Made by a program: the position numbers and the translations under genes. Below are positions 29,177-32,000 of a stretch of 32,000 bases of DNA, piece by piece (position 1 is the stretch's first letter; each line of letters opens with the position of its first letter). The stretch covers positions 2,370,001 through 2,402,000 of the forward strand of contig NC_007614.1 in assembly GCF_000196355.1 (NCBI RefSeq). The letters run 5' to 3'. The notes below the pieces were generated by a model. The model saw nothing but the letters and a program-made list of their open reading frames with translations, had not been told where the DNA came from and did not search any database. The stretch comes from Nitrosospira multiformis ATCC 25196 (GTDB taxonomy: Bacteria > Pseudomonadota > Gammaproteobacteria > Burkholderiales > Nitrosomonadaceae).

Positions 29177-30592
29177 ATGAACTTTCATGCGTTGTTCATC
29201 ATCAGCCGGTGTGTGCGTGTGGGAGCCATGCTTGTCCTTGCGATGACTTGCTTGCCCTCAGCAGGTGCTGACAGTTCCTTTACGGGCATCCGCACGCTTG
29301 AGGACGCGCACTCTCCCAGTGCTGCCGGCCCTGAGGTCAAGAGCAATCTCACCCTGCGGGATGCGGTGCGGCTTACGCTTCAGCACAACCCCGAACTGTC
29401 CTCCTTCGATAAGGAGATGCGCGCTCTGGAGGGTGTTACGTTGCAGGCCGGGTTGTTGCGCAACCCTCAGTTGTCGGTGGACGTCGACAATGCCGGAAAC
29501 ATGGGAGGCGTAAGTGGACAAGGAGCCATCAAGCAAAATGTCGAGCAGCAGGATTTGATCATTCGCATCAGCCAATTGGTCGAGTTGGGAGGAAAACGTG
29601 CAGCGCGGGTAAATGCTGCGTCGCTCGGGCAGGCACTGGCGGGCAAGGACTTCGAAACCAAACGGCTCGAACTCGTGGCACGGGTAGCGAACGTATTTAC
29701 AGAGGTGCTGGCGGGGCAGGAGCAGTTGCGGCTGGCCGAGGAGAGTCAGCAGCTGGCTCAGCGCGTGGTGGATACTGTCAAGCGCCGGGTGCAGGCGGGA
29801 AAAGTGCCGCCCATAGAAGAGACTAAAGTGGGAGTAGCATTTTCCACGACGCGAATTGCCCTGGGCCAGGCGCAACGCGAGCTGGCCGCCGCGCGCAAAC
29901 GCCTTGCGCTGCTATGGGGTGACAATTCGCCCCAGTTTGGGGAAGCGCTAGGAGCTCTGGAATCGAGGATCGTCCTGCCCGATTTGGCCGCATTGACCGA
30001 GCGAGTCTTGTCGAGTCCCATGGCGGATCGCGCCAGAAAAGGCATAGAACATCGCCAGGCGCTGCTCGAAGTGGAGCAATCCCGCCGCATTCCCGATATC
30101 ACCCTTGCGGGCGGCATGATCAAGCATTGGGAATCAGGGGGAACGACTGCGATCGTAGGCGTCTCCATGCCGCTGCAATTCTTCGACCGGAACCAGGGAA
30201 ACCTGCGGGAAGCCTATCAACGCCTGGATAAGGCACAGGATGAGCAAGCCGCGACCGACCTGCGCCTCAAGGCGGAACTGGTACAGGCCTACGAATCGTT
30301 GACCGCAGCCGAGAACGAGATATCGATATTGCGCGGGGAGATATTGCCTGCGGCCCGAAGTGCTTTCGATGTGACGAACAAGGGTTATGAGCTCGGCAAA
30401 TTCGGCTTTCTTGAAGTGCTCGACGCACAGCGCACCTTGTTTCAGAACCAGGTTTTATATGTGCGTGCGCTCGCCAATTACCACCGCCTTGTCAATGAAA
30501 TCGAACGTTTGATTGCAGCCCCCCTCGATGGGAGGGCGAGACAGGACACCGATGAACCGGCCTATACCGATTTTACGGATGATAAGGAGTAG
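29177..30592 (+). CDS. czcC: TolC-family outer-membrane component of a heavy-metal RND efflux system (CzcC-like)
   Basis: LTLRDAVRLTLQHNPELSSFDKEMRALEG, LVELGGKRAARVNAAS, AGKVPPIEETKVGVAFSTTRIALGQAQRELAAARKRLALLWGD, GKFGFLEVLDAQRTLF. Start likely 29177 (ORF opens at 29153). Confidence 0.88.
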   Translation: MNFHALFIISRCVRVGAMLVLAMTCLPSAGADSSFTGIRTLEDAHSPSAAGPEVKSNLTLRDAVRLTLQHNPELSSFDKEMRALEGVTLQAGLLRNPQLSVDVDNAGNMGGVSGQGAIKQNVEQQDLIIRISQLVELGGKRAARVNAASLGQALAGKDFETKRLELVARVANVFTEVLAGQEQLRLAEESQQLAQRVVDTVKRRVQAGKVPPIEETKVGVAFSTTRIALGQAQRELAAARKRLALLWGDNSPQFGEALGALESRIVLPDLAALTERVLSSPMADRARKGIEHRQALLEVEQSRRIPDITLAGGMIKHWESGGTTAIVGVSMPLQFFDRNQGNLREAYQRLDKAQDEQAATDLRLKAELVQAYESLTAAENEISILRGEILPAARSAFDVTNKGYELGKFGFLEVLDAQRTLFQNQVLYVRALANYHRLVNEIERLIAAPLDGRARQDTDEPAYTDFTDDKE

Positions 30593-30594
30593 AA

Positions 30595-32000
30595 GTGAAT
30601 AACAGGAAGAAACTGATTTCAATCCTTTCCGTAATCGCCGCAGGAATTGCACTCGGCGGGTTGATACTCAGATCCGATAAGACTTCGCAATCCGTCTCCG
30701 GGGATTCCGCAGCCCATCCCGCTCATGAAGCACCGGCGGTCGAAGGCAAGGCATCATCGAACTATCAGGAGGGGCCCAAAGGCGGAAAGCTTTTTACCGA
30801 AGGTGGAACAGACGGCTTTGGCCTGGAGGTCACTATTTTCGAGGCCAACGTGCCGCCACGCTTCAGGCTCTACCTGTATGAAAAGAGCAAGCCCCTGCCG
30901 CCCGCTGCCGCCAGGGTCATCATGACGCTGTCACGCCTTGGGGCACCCGCCCAGGTATTCGAATTCAGGCCTGAGGCCGATTATCTGGTAAGCGATCAGA
31001 TAGTAGAGGAGCCGCATTCGTTTGATGCCGTGATTACCGCTCAATGGAAAGGCAAGACAATCCGTTGGGAATACAGCCAGGTCGAGGCCAGGGTGGAAAT
31101 GCCGGACGAAATGCTGAAAGGTGCCGGCATTGAAATACGCACGGCCGGCCCGGCAATCATCAAACCCTTGCTCAAGCTGCCTGGCGAGATCATCTTTAAC
31201 GAGCATACGATCGTCCAGGTGGTACCCCGCCTGCCGGGAATAGTCACGGCCGTGAAGCGTCACCACGGCCAGCAGGTGCAGAAAGGAGAGATTCTTGTGG
31301 TGATAGAGAGCCAGATGCTGGCAGAGCTGCGCAGTCAGTACCGCGTAGCCAAGAAACGGCTGGCGCTGGCGGAGACCACCTACAAGCGCGAACGGCAGCT
31401 CTGGGAAGAAAAAATCTCCGCCAAGCAGGACTATCTCGTCGCCCAGGAGTTGCTGAATGAAGCGGAGATTGCAGTGGATCTGGCTGCGGTCAAGCTGCAA
31501 TCGCTCGGGGTGGAGCCGGAAGCGGCAGCTTCTTCCGGCAATCTGGCTCGCTACGAAGTCCAGGCCCCGATATCCGGCCTGATCATCGACAAGACTGTCG
31601 CCCTCGGTCAAACGCTGAAGGAAGATGAACATATTTTTGTTATTGCCGATGTCTCGACAGTATGGGCCGGCATCACGGTTTATCCAAAAGATCTGGATGT
31701 AGTCAAGGTTGGACAAAAAGCAATCGTCAAGGCAACAGCGTCGGATATAGAGGGGGAAGGCGTTGTTATCTACATCACCACTCTGATCGGCGGCCAGACC
31801 CGTACCGCCACGGCGCGGCTCGCCCTGCAAAACAAGGAGGGAAAATGGCGTCCCGGGATGTTTGTAACTGCCGAAATGGTGGCCGAAGAAATTCACGTAC
31901 CTGTTGCCGTATCTGCCGACGCGCTCCAGACACTCCATGGCTCGACTGTAGTATTCGGGCGTTATGGTGAATATTTCGAAGCGCGGCCGCTGGAGCTGGG
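30595..32000 (+). CDS. czcB: RND efflux periplasmic adaptor (CzcB-like), 3'-truncated by the window edge
   Basis: GTG at 30595, just past the czcC stop. NRKKLISILSVIAAGIALGG.., LPGIVTAVKRHHGQQVQKGEILVVIESQMLAELRSQY, VQAPISGLIIDKTVALGQTLKEDEHIFVIADVSTVWAGITVYPKDLDVVKVGQKA; open to the window end. Confidence 0.88.
   Translation, partial: MNNRKKLISILSVIAAGIALGGLILRSDKTSQSVSGDSAAHPAHEAPAVEGKASSNYQEGPKGGKLFTEGGTDGFGLEVTIFEANVPPRFRLYLYEKSKPLPPAAARVIMTLSRLGAPAQVFEFRPEADYLVSDQIVEEPHSFDAVITAQWKGKTIRWEYSQVEARVEMPDEMLKGAGIEIRTAGPAIIKPLLKLPGEIIFNEHTIVQVVPRLPGIVTAVKRHHGQQVQKGEILVVIESQMLAELRSQYRVAKKRLALAETTYKRERQLWEEKISAKQDYLVAQELLNEAEIAVDLAAVKLQSLGVEPEAAASSGNLARYEVQAPISGLIIDKTVALGQTLKEDEHIFVIADVSTVWAGITVYPKDLDVVKVGQKAIVKATASDIEGEGVVIYITTLIGGQTRTATARLALQNKEGKWRPGMFVTAEMVAEEIHVPVAVSADALQTLHGSTVVFGRYGEYFEARPLEL

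Noticed and set aside
30931-31938. 335-aa minus-strand ORF opposite czcB
   Set aside because: The plus-strand frame has clear periplasmic adaptor motifs. The antisense ORF (MECLERVGRYGNRYVNFFGHHFG..) lacks any, and arises from the open CzcB frame.

Overview
This looks like a mostly ordinary chromosomal segment of a betaproteobacterium. The gene content and CzcCB-type locus suggest an ammonia-oxidiser-like (Nitrosospira-like) host, but that is inference only. Left part (1-9.6 kb) is housekeeping: PBP1A C-terminus, hemB, engB, coaX, birA, glnS, trxA, rho, rpmE. Middle part (9.9-16.7 kb): a beta-barrel porin, a small CxxC protein, a VOC protein, an overlapping GDSL/GDPD/alpha-beta hydrolase gene trio, ppa, a GNAT acetyltransferase and a Tat-signal-like intradiol dioxygenase. 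From 16.8 to 22.0 kb, lon is flanked by two near-identical, same-orientation IS481-like elements (1223 and 1222 bp). Each has its own 7-bp target duplication. One duplication covers the lon stop codon and the other covers the start codon of a small membrane-protein gene. Right part (22.0-32.0 kb): a cupin gene, a DUF1259-like gene with two frame disruptions, an MFS transporter, an unusual GMC oxidoreductase-DUF1080 fusion, a His-rich CzcI-like secreted protein, and the start of a CzcC/CzcB-type heavy-metal RND efflux operon. I found no CRISPR array, rRNA, tRNA or convincing new defence-like system. The most worthwhile leads are the IS pair around lon, the GMC-DUF1080 fusion, the frame-disrupted DUF1259 gene, and the CzcI-like gene with the unexplained 394-bp gap before czcC.
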